Position numbers and translations under genes: made by a program
Shown here: positions 25,383-35,559 of the stretch, piece by piece
How positions within the stretch are numbered: the stretch's first letter is position 1
Layout: each line of letters begins with the position of its first letter
Assembly (NCBI GenBank): GCA_040756015.1
Contig: JBFMAC010000001.1
Coordinates: 150,475 to 214,474, forward strand
Length of the DNA stretch: 64,000 bases
Source of the DNA: Pseudomonadota bacterium
GTDB lineage: Bacteria; Pseudomonadota; Gammaproteobacteria; Burkholderiales; JBFMAC01
Direction of reading: 5' to 3'
The notes under the pieces: model-generated
Told to the model about the DNA's origin: nothing
What the model saw: the letters and a program-made list of their open reading frames with translations, nothing else
Databases searched by the model: none

Positions 25383-25917
25383 ATCGCGCTGTTCCCATAG
25401 TCGGATCGACACATGGCAAGCGCGCACGGCCCAACGAGGGCGCGTCGATTGCCCAGAACCCGATGAAGCGCGGGCCGGCCGGGACATGGTGCACGTCGCG
25501 TCGGCGCTGACGCCGAGCGTTGCATAAGGGGCAAACACTTCTTGCTATGCCCAATAAGCCTCCACCATAATGCCCCTGCGAAAAACCTTGTTACCGGCGC
25601 AACTGTTTGAAAAGTTGCGCACCCAAAGCAGGGATGCCGCGCTTAACCGGAAAACCAGGGCAAAGTCTTCCGTAGGCAAACGGGCAGGGTAAAGCACCAA
25701 TGCGTCAGCCGGGTGAGCCAGTTTGCATCCAGGCTAGGCGCATGCGTTCTGCGTTAGTGCATTGACCTGGATGAGCTTACGCGCAGGGTCTTTCATGCCA
25801 TGTAGATCAGCCGAGCAATCGCCGCGACCTCCATCACGTAAATAGGAGGCCAAGCGGCGATGCAAATTGGGTCTGACGTTAGACCAAAAAAGAATCGCTC
25901 GATCCGAATTTCCCGCA

Positions 25918-26826
25918 TCACGCCAGGCGTTGATTGTCGTTTTGCACGCGCCCCACACGCTCCACACGGTCGATGAACTGCCGGAGCGGTTCCGTGATTT
26001 CGCCTTCGGGTCGCAGAAGAAAGGTAGTTAGCGAGGCGACCTTATCGACCAGTGGACGAACCACAACGTTGGTCTGATGAAAACCCGCCAGGTGCGCCGT
26101 GCTCGAAAAGCCCACCCCGTAGCCTGCGGCCACGAGGGCCAGCATCAAGGAATGGGTGCTGACGTACTCGGCCACCGTCGGCTGCACATTCACCGTGCGG
26201 AACAGCCGTTCGCGTTGCCGGCCGCAAACTTCGCAGACCTCGGGATCGCACAGCACCAGCGGATAGCTTGCCACCTCCTCCAGCGGCACTTCCTTGAAAG
26301 CCAGTAGCGGGTGCCTGGCGGACAGAGCCACTACCAGCTGGTCTCGCCACACGGGCATGGCGACGACGCCAGCCTCTACTTCACCGGCCAATGCAAGACC
26401 CGCGTCATACAAGTCGTTGCGCAGCCCAGTCACCAACTGCGCCAGTGGCGCTTCAGATATCCGAATGCCGACCTGTGGCGCCTCCTCGCGGCAAAGCGCA
26501 AGCAACGTCGACAAGCGGGCCTGCCCCATGTCACCCGATAGCGCGATGCGCAGCGTGTTCCGCTGGTTCGCTGCGGCGCGCGCCCTACTTTGAGCTTGCT
26601 CGAAAGCCAGCAGCACGCGTCTGGCATCTTCTAGGAAGGCCTGTCCCGCCAACGTGAGACTGACGCTACGCGGCGAACGGTCGAGCAGCGACACTCCAAG
26701 ATGCGCTTCCATTTGGCGGATCGTACGCGACAGCGGGGACTGTTCGATATGCAGCCGTCGAGCAGCTCGGCCGAAGTGCAACTCTTCAGCCACGGCGATG
26801 AAGCACCGAAGATGGCGTAAGTTCAT
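25918..26826 (-). CDS. LysR-family transcriptional regulator
   Basis: 302 aa with N-terminal HTH MNLRHLRCFIAVAEELHFGRAARRLHIEQSPLSRTIRQME. Confidence 0.9.
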   Translation of the reverse strand: MNLRHLRCFIAVAEELHFGRAARRLHIEQSPLSRTIRQMEAHLGVSLLDRSPRSVSLTLAGQAFLEDARRVLLAFEQAQSRARAAANQRNTLRIALSGDMGQARLSTLLALCREEAPQVGIRISEAPLAQLVTGLRNDLYDAGLALAGEVEAGVVAMPVWRDQLVVALSARHPLLAFKEVPLEEVASYPLVLCDPEVCEVCGRQRERLFRTVNVQPTVAEYVSTHSLMLALVAAGYGVGFSSTAHLAGFHQTNVVVRPLVDKVASLTTFLLRPEGEITEPLRQFIDRVERVGRVQNDNQRLA

Positions 26827-27025
26827 GTTTTCTCCCTACTAATGCGATCAGTCCATATGATCGTAGGGAGCCGCACTGGTACGGAAAAAATGCATTTGCA
26901 TCCGATTTATGGCCATCCCGTAGGGCTAGGGCGGCGCTCTGATACAGATGCAAGTTAAACGAAGCTTCAAACGCTTTTTCGGTAGTTCCTTACAACACTC
27001 ATGTCACCAGCCGCCATCTCGCTCC

Positions 27026-27433
27026 TCAGGCGCCATGCAGCGCGTCGATCAGTGGACACGACACCTGACCGTTCTGCGCGCAGCACTCGGCCACCAGCTG
27101 CGACAGTACGGCCTCCATCCGAGTGAGGTCCGCTAGACGGGCGCGCACGTCAGCCAGCCGCAGGGCCGCGAGTTCGGCCGCCTCGCTGCAATGGGAGCCA
27201 TCCTCCAGCTCCAATAGCTCGGCAATCTCGTCCAGGCTAAAGCCCAGTCGCTGAGCCGACTTCACAAATTTCACCCGCGCCACGTCGGCCGCACCATAGC
27301 GACGGATGCTACCGTAGGGCCGGTCCGGTTCCAGCAGCAAGCCCTTGCGCTGATAGAAGCGGATCGTCTCGACATTGACCCCGGCGGCCTTGGCAAAGGC
27401 TCCGATGGTCAGGTTCTCCAAAAAATTTTCCAT
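27026..27433 (-). CDS. merR: Hg(II)-responsive MerR regulator
   Basis: 135 aa. Has a MerR HTH and the metal-binding Cys residues (HCSEA...CC...SCP). Divergent from merT. Confidence 0.9.
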   Translation of the reverse strand: MENFLENLTIGAFAKAAGVNVETIRFYQRKGLLLEPDRPYGSIRRYGAADVARVKFVKSAQRLGFSLDEIAELLELEDGSHCSEAAELAALRLADVRARLADLTRMEAVLSQLVAECCAQNGQVSCPLIDALHGA

Positions 27434-27438
27434 TTCGC

Positions 27439-27469
27439 TTGACTCCGTACTTAACTACGGAAGTAAGGT
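27439..27469 (+). promoter_or_regulatory. mer operator/promoter
   Basis: TTGACT (27439-44), a 19-bp spacer containing the dyad TCCGTAC-ttaa-CTACGGA, then TAAGGT (27464-69). This is the classic MerR-distorted promoter. Confidence 0.85.
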
Positions 27470-27504
27470 TACAGCATCAAGCGAAACCTCGAAAGGAGAA
27501 CTGC

Positions 27505-27855
27505 ATGTCGGAGTCGCAAAACGGGCGCGGAGCCCTGGCCGCAGGCGGTCTGGCCGCCATCCTCGCGTCCACCTGCTGCCTGGGGCCGCTGGTTCTGGTT
27601 GCCTTGGGTTTCAGCGGAGCCTGGATTGGTAACCTGACCGCGCTGGAACCGTATCGGCCGATCTTTATCGGCGCGGCGCTGGTGGCGCTGTTCTTCGCTT
27701 GGCGACACATCTTCCGGCCGACGCACGCCTGCAAGCCGAGCGAAGTCTGCGCGATTCCGCAGGTTCGCACGACCTACAAGCTGATTTTCTGGATCGTGGC
27801 CGCGCTGGTTCTGGTCGCGCTCGGTTTCCCCTATGTGTTGCCCTTTTTCTACTGA
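27505..27855 (+). CDS. merT: mercuric ion transporter MerT
   Basis: 116 aa from ATG 27505 (AGGAGAA SD), with a CC pair in TM1 (ASTCCLGP). Confidence 0.9.
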   Translation: MSESQNGRGALAAGGLAAILASTCCLGPLVLVALGFSGAWIGNLTALEPYRPIFIGAALVALFFAWRHIFRPTHACKPSEVCAIPQVRTTYKLIFWIVAALVLVALGFPYVLPFFY

Positions 27856-27868
27856 TCAGGAGTTCGCC

Positions 27869-28153
27869 ATGAAACAGTTGTTTGCCGCCATTGCCCTTGC
27901 CGCCGTCGTTGCCCCCGCCTGGGCCGCCACGCAAACCGTCACGCTGTCCGTGCCCGGCATGACCTGCGCCGCCTGCCCGATCACCGTCAAGAAGGCTCTC
28001 TCGAAGGTTGACGGCGTCAGCCAGGTGCAGGTGGCCTTCGAGAAGCGGGAAGCGGTCGTGACCTTCGACGACGCCAAGGCCAATGTCGAAGCGCTGACGC
28101 GCGCCACCACCAACGCCGGTTATCCGTCAACGGCCAAGGAGAAAAGACAGTGA
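27869..28153 (+). CDS. merP: periplasmic mercury-binding protein MerP
   Basis: Signal peptide plus the HMA motif GMTCAAC. Confidence 0.9.
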   Translation: MKQLFAAIALAAVVAPAWAATQTVTLSVPGMTCAACPITVKKALSKVDGVSQVQVAFEKREAVVTFDDAKANVEALTRATTNAGYPSTAKEKRQ

Positions 28154-28380
28154 ACGGTGTCATCCTCGAATCCACCTTGACCTGCCCTCAGTGCGGCCAC
28201 GCGAAGATCGAAACCATGCCGACGGACGCCTGTCAGTGGCATTACGAATGTGAAGCGTGCCATGCGGTTCTGCGTCCAAAGCCGGGCGATTGCTGTGTGT
28301 TCTGCTCCTATGGATCAGTACCTTGCCCGCCGATCCAGTTGCAAGATGACGGAGCCGGATGCTGTGCGGGGACGGAGTAG
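28150..28380 (+). CDS. GDCCVxC-domain small Cys-rich protein
   Basis: 76 aa with a GTG start overlapping the merP stop. Motifs CPQCGH...CEAC...GDCCVFCSYG. Confidence 0.8.
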   Translation: MNGVILESTLTCPQCGHAKIETMPTDACQWHYECEACHAVLRPKPGDCCVFCSYGSVPCPPIQLQDDGAGCCAGTE

Positions 28381-28415
28381 CCATGCCGTCCGCCCGTTAC
28401 AACCGCCGCAGGTAC

Positions 28416-28530
28416 TATTGATCCGGCACGGTTTATTGCAGAGTCCCGATGCCGTTCAACTTGAGCCCGTCGAGGGGCTTCGACACCTCAGCCCGAGCAA
28501 GGTTTACGAATAAAGCCTGCCGGATCAATA
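28416..28530. repeat. 115-bp IR-bounded MITE-like element, copy 1
   Basis: Termini TATTGATCCGGCA (28416-28) and TGCCGGATCAATA (28518-30) are perfect 13-bp inverted repeats. The interior is related to 60706-60823. Confidence 0.6.
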
Positions 28531-28538
28531 TCGTGTAA

Positions 28539-29024
28539 ATGCATGACGCGGTAACTGGAGTCCTCATGAGTTGGTACAAGCACAAGAGTTCCTGGTCATT
28601 TATCCTCGCGCGTTTCCTGCCGCGCCTGCTTCTTTTGAGTCTGGCCTGGGAGATCCTGCAGCTACCGCTTTATACCCTGGCGTCCGAACCCCGGGTCGCA
28701 TGGGTTGCATACGCCATCGCGCATTGCACTGTGGGCGATGCAATGATCGGAACGGCTGCATTGGTCGGTGCGCTGACGATCTGCCAAGCCAACGAACCAG
28801 CCCGCTGGCCGCGAGCAAAAATCGTCGTTTGGATGACTCTATTGACTGTTTCCTACACGATCTTGAGCGAACGCTACAACGTCGCACGCGGCAGTTGGGC
28901 CTATTCCTCGTGGATGCCCATCATTCCCTTGATTGGCGTTGGCTTGTCGCCGCTGCTGCAATGGCTGCTCATCCCGATTGCCGCGTGGCGATGGGCTCAA
29001 AACAAAAAAGACCCGTGTAGTTGA
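28539..29024 (+). CDS. hypothetical integral membrane protein
   Basis: 161 aa with about 4 predicted TM helices. The start may be the internal ATG at 28566. Lower GC than its neighbours. Confidence 0.55.
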   Translation: MHDAVTGVLMSWYKHKSSWSFILARFLPRLLLLSLAWEILQLPLYTLASEPRVAWVAYAIAHCTVGDAMIGTAALVGALTICQANEPARWPRAKIVVWMTLLTVSYTILSERYNVARGSWAYSSWMPIIPLIGVGLSPLLQWLLIPIAAWRWAQNKKDPCS

Positions 29025-29184
29025 AGCGGATGACCGGTTCACAAACCGTCACCGTGGTCAGTGCATGCGTTCTTGATCTTCACCCTTGCGATTTTCCGCA
29101 TCCTTTCGACGTGCCGAAAGGAACGCACCTGTCGGCAACGACACCCGCTGCCAACAGGGATTGAACGAACGCAAGACAGCCTCG

Positions 29185-32100
29185 TCACTCGCTGGAGTCC
29201 TCGCTCGATTGTTGCGGCCTGTGGCGCGGCTGACGCATCAGCCGATATGCCGCCGGAATCACGAACATGGACAGCAGCGGCGCGGTGATCATCCCACCCA
29301 CCATCGGCGCAGCAATGCGGCTCATCACCTCGGAGCCGGTACCGCTGCCGAGCAGGATGGGCAGGAGACTGACGAGGATCACCGCTACCGTCATCGCCTT
29401 GGGGCGCACGCGCAGCGCCGCTCCCTGACGGATGGCCTGGTCGAGGACGTGCTCGCTCATCGCCATACCATGCTCTTCACGTTCAGCGATGGCCTGCTTG
29501 AGGTACAGCAGCATCACCACGCCGAATTCCGCTGACACGCCCGCCAGGGCGATGAAGCCCACGCCGGTGGCCACCGACAGGTTGTAGCCGGCCAGATAGA
29601 GGAACCACACGCCACCCACCAGCGCGAACGGCAGGGTCGCCATGATCAGCAGCGCGTCGTCGAAGCGCCGGAATGTCAGGTACAGCAACACGAAGATGAT
29701 CAGTAAAGTAGCAGGCACCACCAGTTTCAATCGCGCATTGGCGCGCTCCATGTACTCGAACTGCCCGGAATAGGCCAGACTCATCCCCGCTTGCAGCTTC
29801 ACTTTGTCAGTGACGGCGGCGCGCAGATCGGCCACCACCGAAGCCAGGTCGCTCCCGCGCACGTCCACGTACACCCAGCCCGAAGGGAGGGCGTTTTCGC
29901 TCTTGAGCATAGGCGGCCCCTCGCTGACCCGGACATTGACGACCGTGCTCAAAGTGATCTGCTGCCCCATGTCGGTCAGGATCGGCAGGCTGCGCAAGCC
30001 ATCCAGCGAATCACGCAGCTCGCGCGGGTAGCGCACGCTGATCGGATAACGTGCCAGTCCTTCAACCGTTTCCCCGACGTTCTCGCCGCCGATGGCGGAC
30101 GAAACGATGGACTGCACGTCGGCGATATTGAGGCCATAGCGCGCGGCGGCCGCGCGGTTGATCTCGACATCGACATAACGCCCACCTGTCAGTCGCTCGG
30201 CCAGCGCCGAGCTGACACCGGGCACCGTCTTGGCGACTTGCTCGACCTGTTGCGCCACCTGGTCGATTTCAGCCAGATTGGTGCCGGACACCTTGACCCC
30301 AATCGGGCTCTTGATGCCGGTGGCCAGCATGTCGATGCGGTTTCGGATCGGCGGTACCCAGATGTTGGCCAAGCCCGGTACCTTGACCACGCGGTCCAGC
30401 TCATCGACGAGCCTGGCGGGCGTCATGCCGGGACGCCACTGCTCGCGCGGTTTGAACTGGATCGTCGTCTCGAACATTTCCATCGGCGCGGGATCGGTCG
30501 CGCTTTCGGCACGACCGGCCTTGCCGAATACGCTCTCGACCTCGGGCACGGTCTTGATCAGCCGGTCTGTCTGCTGCAACAGCTCACCCGCCTTGGCTGC
30601 CGACAGCCCTGGCAGTGCGGAAGGCATGTACAACAAATCTCCCTCATCCAGCGGCGGCATGAATTCGCCTCCGAGCCGGGTGCCCGGCCACGCCGTGGTC
30701 AGCAGGGCCAATCCGGCGGCGACGAGCGTAATCTTGGGATGACGCAGCACGGCATCGAGCAAGGGGCTGTAGCGACGGATCAACCAGCGGTTGAGCGGAT
30801 TTTTGTGTTCATCCGGGATGCGCCCTCGTATCCAGTACCCCATCAGCACCGGGATCAAGGTCACCGACAGCCCCGCTGCTGCCGCCATCGCGTAGGTCTT
30901 GGTCAAGGCCAGCGGCCCGAACAAGCGGCCCTCCTGGGCCTGCAAGGTGAACACCGGAATGAAAGACAGGGTGATGATCAGTAGCGAGAAGAACAGCGCC
31001 GGGCCGACCTCGGCCGCCGCCTCGCCCATCACGCGCCAATGGGCATCGCCGTGCAGGCGTTCGCCAGGATGCTGATGTCGCCACGCCTCGATGCGTTTGT
31101 GGGCGTTCTCGATCATGACGACGGCCGCATCGACCATGGCGCCGATGGCGATGGCAATCCCGCCCAGCGACATGATGTTGGCGTTGACGCCCTGATAGCG
31201 CATCACGATGAAGGCCATCATCACGCCCAGCGGCAAGGACACGATGGCCACTAGTGCCGAGCGCAGATGCCACAGGAAGATGCCGCAGACGATGGCGACC
31301 ACTAGGAATTCTTCGAGCAGCTTGTGCGAGAGGTTGTCGATGGCGCGGTCGATCAACTGGCTGCGGTCATAAGTTGACACGACCTCGACGCCAGCAGGCA
31401 GGCTTTTTTGCAGTTCGGCGAGCTTGGCCTTGACCGCCGCGATGGTTTCGCGGGCATTCTTGCCCGAGCGCAGGATCACCACGCCGCCGGCCACCTCGCC
31501 TTGACCATTCAATTCGGTAATACCGCGCCGCATCTCCGGCCCGAGTTGGATCGTCGCCACGTCGCCCAGCGTGACTGGGACACCGGCTTGCACCGTAGCG
31601 AGTGGGATGGCCCGGAAATCATCCAGCGTCTTCAGGTAGCCCGCAGCCCGCACCATGAACTCGGTTTCCGCCAGTTCCAGCACCGAGCCGCCGGTCTCCT
31701 GGTTGGCTTTCTGGATCGCGGCTATCACCTTGGCCTGCGGGATACGGTAGGCCGCCAGTTTCACGGGATCGAGCACCACCTGATACTGCTTGACCATGCC
31801 GCCGATGGCGGCGACCTCCGACACATTGGGCAGGCTCTTCAACTCGTACTTCAAAAACCAGTCCTGCAAGCTGCGTAGTTGCGACAGATCGTGCTGTCCC
31901 GTCTTGTCGATCAGCGCGTACTGGTAAATCCAGCCGACGCCGGTGGCGTCCGGCCCGAGCGAGGCACGCGCCGCTGCCGGAAGTCGGCCTTGCACCTGGT
32001 TCAGGTATTCCAGTACGCGCGAACGCGCCCAGTACAGATCGGTGCCGTCCTCGAACAGCACATAGACGAAGGAGTCGCCAAAGAACGAGTAGCCGCGCAC

Positions 32101-32343
32101 CGTCTTGGCCCCCGGCACCGACAGCATGGTGGTTGCCAGCGGGTAGGTGACCTGGTTCTCGACGATCTGCGGTGCCTGGCCGGGATAGCTGGTGCGGATG
32201 ATGACCTGCACGTCCGACAGGTCGGGCAGCGCATCGACTGGTGTGGTCTTCACGGCCCAGACGCCCCAGGCCACCAGGAATAGTGTCGCGAGCAGCACCA
32301 GGAAGCGATTAGCAATCGACCAGTGGATCAGTTTCTCGATCAT
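29185..32343 (-). CDS. cusA: heavy-metal efflux RND pump, CusA-like
   Basis: 1052 aa. [21 protein letters not shown] is CusA/SilA-like rather than CzcA-like. Confidence 0.9.
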   Translation of the reverse strand: MIEKLIHWSIANRFLVLLATLFLVAWGVWAVKTTPVDALPDLSDVQVIIRTSYPGQAPQIVENQVTYPLATTMLSVPGAKTVRGYSFFGDSFVYVLFEDGTDLYWARSRVLEYLNQVQGRLPAAARASLGPDATGVGWIYQYALIDKTGQHDLSQLRSLQDWFLKYELKSLPNVSEVAAIGGMVKQYQVVLDPVKLAAYRIPQAKVIAAIQKANQETGGSVLELAETEFMVRAAGYLKTLDDFRAIPLATVQAGVPVTLGDVATIQLGPEMRRGITELNGQGEVAGGVVILRSGKNARETIAAVKAKLAELQKSLPAGVEVVSTYDRSQLIDRAIDNLSHKLLEEFLVVAIVCGIFLWHLRSALVAIVSLPLGVMMAFIVMRYQGVNANIMSLGGIAIAIGAMVDAAVVMIENAHKRIEAWRHQHPGERLHGDAHWRVMGEAAAEVGPALFFSLLIITLSFIPVFTLQAQEGRLFGPLALTKTYAMAAAAGLSVTLIPVLMGYWIRGRIPDEHKNPLNRWLIRRYSPLLDAVLRHPKITLVAAGLALLTTAWPGTRLGGEFMPPLDEGDLLYMPSALPGLSAAKAGELLQQTDRLIKTVPEVESVFGKAGRAESATDPAPMEMFETTIQFKPREQWRPGMTPARLVDELDRVVKVPGLANIWVPPIRNRIDMLATGIKSPIGVKVSGTNLAEIDQVAQQVEQVAKTVPGVSSALAERLTGGRYVDVEINRAAAARYGLNIADVQSIVSSAIGGENVGETVEGLARYPISVRYPRELRDSLDGLRSLPILTDMGQQITLSTVVNVRVSEGPPMLKSENALPSGWVYVDVRGSDLASVVADLRAAVTDKVKLQAGMSLAYSGQFEYMERANARLKLVVPATLLIIFVLLYLTFRRFDDALLIMATLPFALVGGVWFLYLAGYNLSVATGVGFIALAGVSAEFGVVMLLYLKQAIAEREEHGMAMSEHVLDQAIRQGAALRVRPKAMTVAVILVSLLPILLGSGTGSEVMSRIAAPMVGGMITAPLLSMFVIPAAYRLMRQPRHRPQQSSEDSSE

Positions 32344-33857
32344 GGCGCGCTCCCGGTCTTGCTGATCTGCTCGATGACGTAGCTGCCATCACCCTGCCGG
32401 AAGCCGAAATGCACGCGGTCACCGGGCTTGATCCCAGTCGAGAGATCCGGCCGCGCGAGCTGGAATGGCATCGTCATTGCACCCCAGCCTAAGGACTTGA
32501 CCGGCCCATGCGAGAGCGTGATTTCATTGCCGGAGATGGATTCGACCTTGCCATCGACTTCATGGAGGGGGCTGGCATCAGCCGCTGCGGGTTGCGTTAC
32601 TGGCAAGACCTTGCCGCCTTCGGACAAGCGCGCCAACACGCCTTTCAAGCTGGCTTCTGAGTCGATCAGGAACTGCCCGGAGGCAACGACGCGCTGTCCC
32701 TCACGCAAACCACCGAGCACGGCAATCTTTCCCCCGGCCTCCTGACCGAGCTTGACCTCGACCGGCTGGAAGCGTCCACCGTCCAAGGACAACAGCACGA
32801 CATTCCGTGTGCCTGTACGAATCACCGCTTCGCTCGGCACCAACAAGGCTTCGGCACCGGTGTCCGCCATCAGACTGATCTGCGCAAACATGCCAGCGCG
32901 CAGACGCCCGTCATGGTTGGCCAGTTCGACGCGGACACGCACGGTACGGCTGTCGGGGTTGGTCTCGGGCAGCACCGTGATGACCTTGCCAGTCAGCCGT
33001 TGACCGGGATAGGCCGCCAGCGCGGCGCTGACCGGGGTACCTACCTCGACCTTGCCCGCTAGTGCCTCAGGAACCGCTGCTTCGAGCCAGACCGGATCAA
33101 GGCCGTTGATCTTCGCTAATGGCATGCCTGCTGCGAGCGACATACCGGCACGCACGTCCAGGCTCTGAATGACGCCGGGGATGGGCGCGGTGACTGTGAA
33201 CAGTGGGTATACCTGGCTCGTAGCTTCGACCTGTGCGATCAACTCGGACGGCATGCCAAGGAGCTTCAGCCGCTCGCGTGCCGCCTGCGTCAACGCCGCG
33301 TCGCCCGTGCGGCGCAGCGCCAGAAATTCGGTCTGTGCCCCAGCCCAATCCGGCACCAGCAGCTCTGCCAACGGCGCACCCTTGGTAATCACATCACCCG
33401 GCGCGCGCCCATAGACACGCTCCACGAATCCGGCCGTGCGGGTTTGCACCACGGCGACCTGGCGCTCGTTCCATTGCACGTTGCCAACCGCAACCACGGG
33501 CGCGGCCAGTGCGCCTCGTTCCACCTTCGCCAGCCGCAGCCCCAAGTTCTGCGCCACGCCGGGGTCGATCTTGACGCTGGCCACGTCACCGCCTTCGTCG
33601 GCGTACCTGGCGACCAGTTGCATGTCCATGAAAGGCGACTTGCCCGGCTTGTCGAAATGCTGGTTCGGCACCATCGGGTCGTACCAGTACAGCACCTTGC
33701 GGCCATTCGCGGCGTTTGCTGCTGGATCGGCCATTGCTGCCGTTCCCTCGGTGCCGGCTCGATGCGCGGCCAGCCAATAACCTGCGCCTGTGCCGACACC
33801 GGCAAACAGCAGCGCCACCATCGCAAGCGCCAGCAGGGATCGTTGGTTTGTGCTCAT
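32340..33857 (-). CDS. cusB: RND periplasmic adaptor CusB-like with C-terminal CusF-like domain
   Basis: 505 aa. [26 protein letters not shown] is a CusB/SilB hallmark. The C-terminal ~80 aa ([30 protein letters not shown]) looks like a fused CusF metallochaperone. Confidence 0.85.
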   Translation of the reverse strand: MSTNQRSLLALAMVALLFAGVGTGAGYWLAAHRAGTEGTAAMADPAANAANGRKVLYWYDPMVPNQHFDKPGKSPFMDMQLVARYADEGGDVASVKIDPGVAQNLGLRLAKVERGALAAPVVAVGNVQWNERQVAVVQTRTAGFVERVYGRAPGDVITKGAPLAELLVPDWAGAQTEFLALRRTGDAALTQAARERLKLLGMPSELIAQVEATSQVYPLFTVTAPIPGVIQSLDVRAGMSLAAGMPLAKINGLDPVWLEAAVPEALAGKVEVGTPVSAALAAYPGQRLTGKVITVLPETNPDSRTVRVRVELANHDGRLRAGMFAQISLMADTGAEALLVPSEAVIRTGTRNVVLLSLDGGRFQPVEVKLGQEAGGKIAVLGGLREGQRVVASGQFLIDSEASLKGVLARLSEGGKVLPVTQPAAADASPLHEVDGKVESISGNEITLSHGPVKSLGWGAMTMPFQLARPDLSTGIKPGDRVHFGFRQGDGSYVIEQISKTGSAP

Positions 33858-35095
33858 GGCTTGTCCTCCCCATAGGCGTAGTGCAAGCGTGCGGCAGCGC
33901 GGGCCCGTCCGGCTTCCAGTTCGACGATGCGCAAGCGTTGATCGACGCGTTCTCGGCGTGCCGTCAGCACCGCCGACAAATCGCTCTTGCCAGCTTGGTA
34001 ACTGGCGGTTTGCAGTAACACTTTTTGCTCCACCAGCGGCAGCGAGGTCTGCTCGGCACGTTCAAGCTGGCGAGCGAGCGTGGCGTATTCGGCCAGCAGG
34101 TTTTCCAACTCGGCGGTGTGGTCGCGCACCATGCCGTCGCGCTCGGCATCGACGCGCTCCAGTTCGCGCTGCTTGGCGGCAATCAGCGGGTCTTGCCGCA
34201 TGGCCGGTGACACCGGTAAGTCGAAGGTGAACTGGATCGACACCATGTTGCCGAATTGCGGCGCGCGGCGTTGATAAGCCAGCTCGACACCCCAATCGGA
34301 CTTCTTCATGGACTGGGCTTCCGTGACCTCGGCTCCGGCCTTGCGCGTCGCGGCCGCGAAGGCCAGCAAATCCGGGTGCTGATGTAAATATCCGCGCAGG
34401 CGATTCGCGTCCACCTCGAATGCGGGCGGATCGCCGACCAAGCCGTCGTCGGCACGGCCGCCGACGAACTGACGCAGCTTTGCACTGGCCTGCGCCAGGT
34501 CACGCGCCAAGTCGTCGCGGCGGTCAGCCAGTTGGGCGGCTTCTTGTTTGGGAGCCACCGCGTCGGCGGCCTGGGCTCGACCACTGCTGATCTGCGCCTG
34601 AACGATTTGCGCCAACAGGCTGTTTTCGTGGTCAAGTTCGGCAAGCAGCGCTTGCTTACGTTGCTGGTAGTACAGATCGAGCCAGGCCAGGGCAGCGTCG
34701 CGACGCACCGTGAGACGATCCACGCGCCGCTGGGCAGACGCCACATCCACGCTCGCGGCAGCCACCGCCTCGCGGGCGCGTCGCTTGTCCGCATTGGGTA
34801 TCTCCTGCATCACGCCGATCTTCTGCATCGTCATGAAATCGGCTTGCAAGCGCCCCGCATCGGGGCCAGACACCGGGAAGTTGTCGATGCCGACGAAGAC
34901 CTTGGGATCGGGCAGGGCTCCGGCCGGGATGGCCGCCGAGCGGGCGGCATCGATAGCGGCGGCGTTTGCCGCCAGCTTGGGGGATAGTCGCTCAGCAAGA
35001 TCGAGCGCCGAGGTAAAACTCAAAGGGGCGGCCTGAGCAAGGCTCGCCAGTCCGGCCAACACGGGCAGGACGGTTCTTCGTATGAGGGAATACAT
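33854..35095 (-). CDS. cusC: outer-membrane efflux factor (TolC/CusC family)
   Basis: About 413 aa with signal peptide MYSLIRRTVLPVLAGLASLAQA. Coupled to cusB (4-nt overlap). Confidence 0.85.
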   Translation of the reverse strand: MYSLIRRTVLPVLAGLASLAQAAPLSFTSALDLAERLSPKLAANAAAIDAARSAAIPAGALPDPKVFVGIDNFPVSGPDAGRLQADFMTMQKIGVMQEIPNADKRRAREAVAAASVDVASAQRRVDRLTVRRDAALAWLDLYYQQRKQALLAELDHENSLLAQIVQAQISSGRAQAADAVAPKQEAAQLADRRDDLARDLAQASAKLRQFVGGRADDGLVGDPPAFEVDANRLRGYLHQHPDLLAFAAATRKAGAEVTEAQSMKKSDWGVELAYQRRAPQFGNMVSIQFTFDLPVSPAMRQDPLIAAKQRELERVDAERDGMVRDHTAELENLLAEYATLARQLERAEQTSLPLVEQKVLLQTASYQAGKSDLSAVLTARRERVDQRLRIVELEAGRARAAARLHYAYGEDKP

Positions 35096-35175
35096 CTCCA
35101 ACTCCATGACAGATCAGTGCGCATCAGCGCACGAACACCCTGTCGGCCAAGCCGCAGGGTTACCAAGTCAGGGGA

Positions 35176-35529
35176 TTAGAGTGAGCGGGGAGGTCGCCAC
35201 AACCCGCGCGGGTCGTGGGAGGGAAACGAAGAATCCGGCAATGCCACGACCAATTGCGTCGCATCTGGGAAAGGATGCGCAGCCACAGCTGCAGCAACCA
35301 CTGCACAGGCACTGCACACCTTGCAGTCTTGACCAGGCTTGCAGGCGTGGGGCTTGGCCTTGTCAGGCATGTTGTGGTCGCAGCAGTCGTGCATGGTCAT
35401 CGCGGCCATGCTGTTGTTGCTCGATTGCATCGGGCATTCGGTCGCCATGGATGTGATGACTCCTGCCGTTGCCCCGAAGGGAACGGCAAGCGATATCAGC
35501 ACAACCAAGATAAACCGAATGAATACCAT
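35176..35529 (-). CDS. small secreted Cys/His/Met-rich protein, putative metal-binding
   Basis: 117 aa with a signal peptide. MHDCCDHNMPDKAKPHACKPGQDCKVCSAC. First gene of the cus cluster. Confidence 0.6.
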   Translation of the reverse strand: MVFIRFILVVLISLAVPFGATAGVITSMATECPMQSSNNSMAAMTMHDCCDHNMPDKAKPHACKPGQDCKVCSACAVVAAAVAAHPFPDATQLVVALPDSSFPSHDPRGLWRPPRSL

Positions 35530-35559
35530 ACTCGTCTATAAAGACTGCATCTTAAAAAT

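Noticed and set aside
25540-25917. Search for a tRNA-3'-end-like att repeat or an integrase remnant at the ICE/cargo junction.
   Set aside because: No T-arm/acceptor-like sequence and no integrase-like ORF is visible. The boundary is therefore reported only as a compositional inference.
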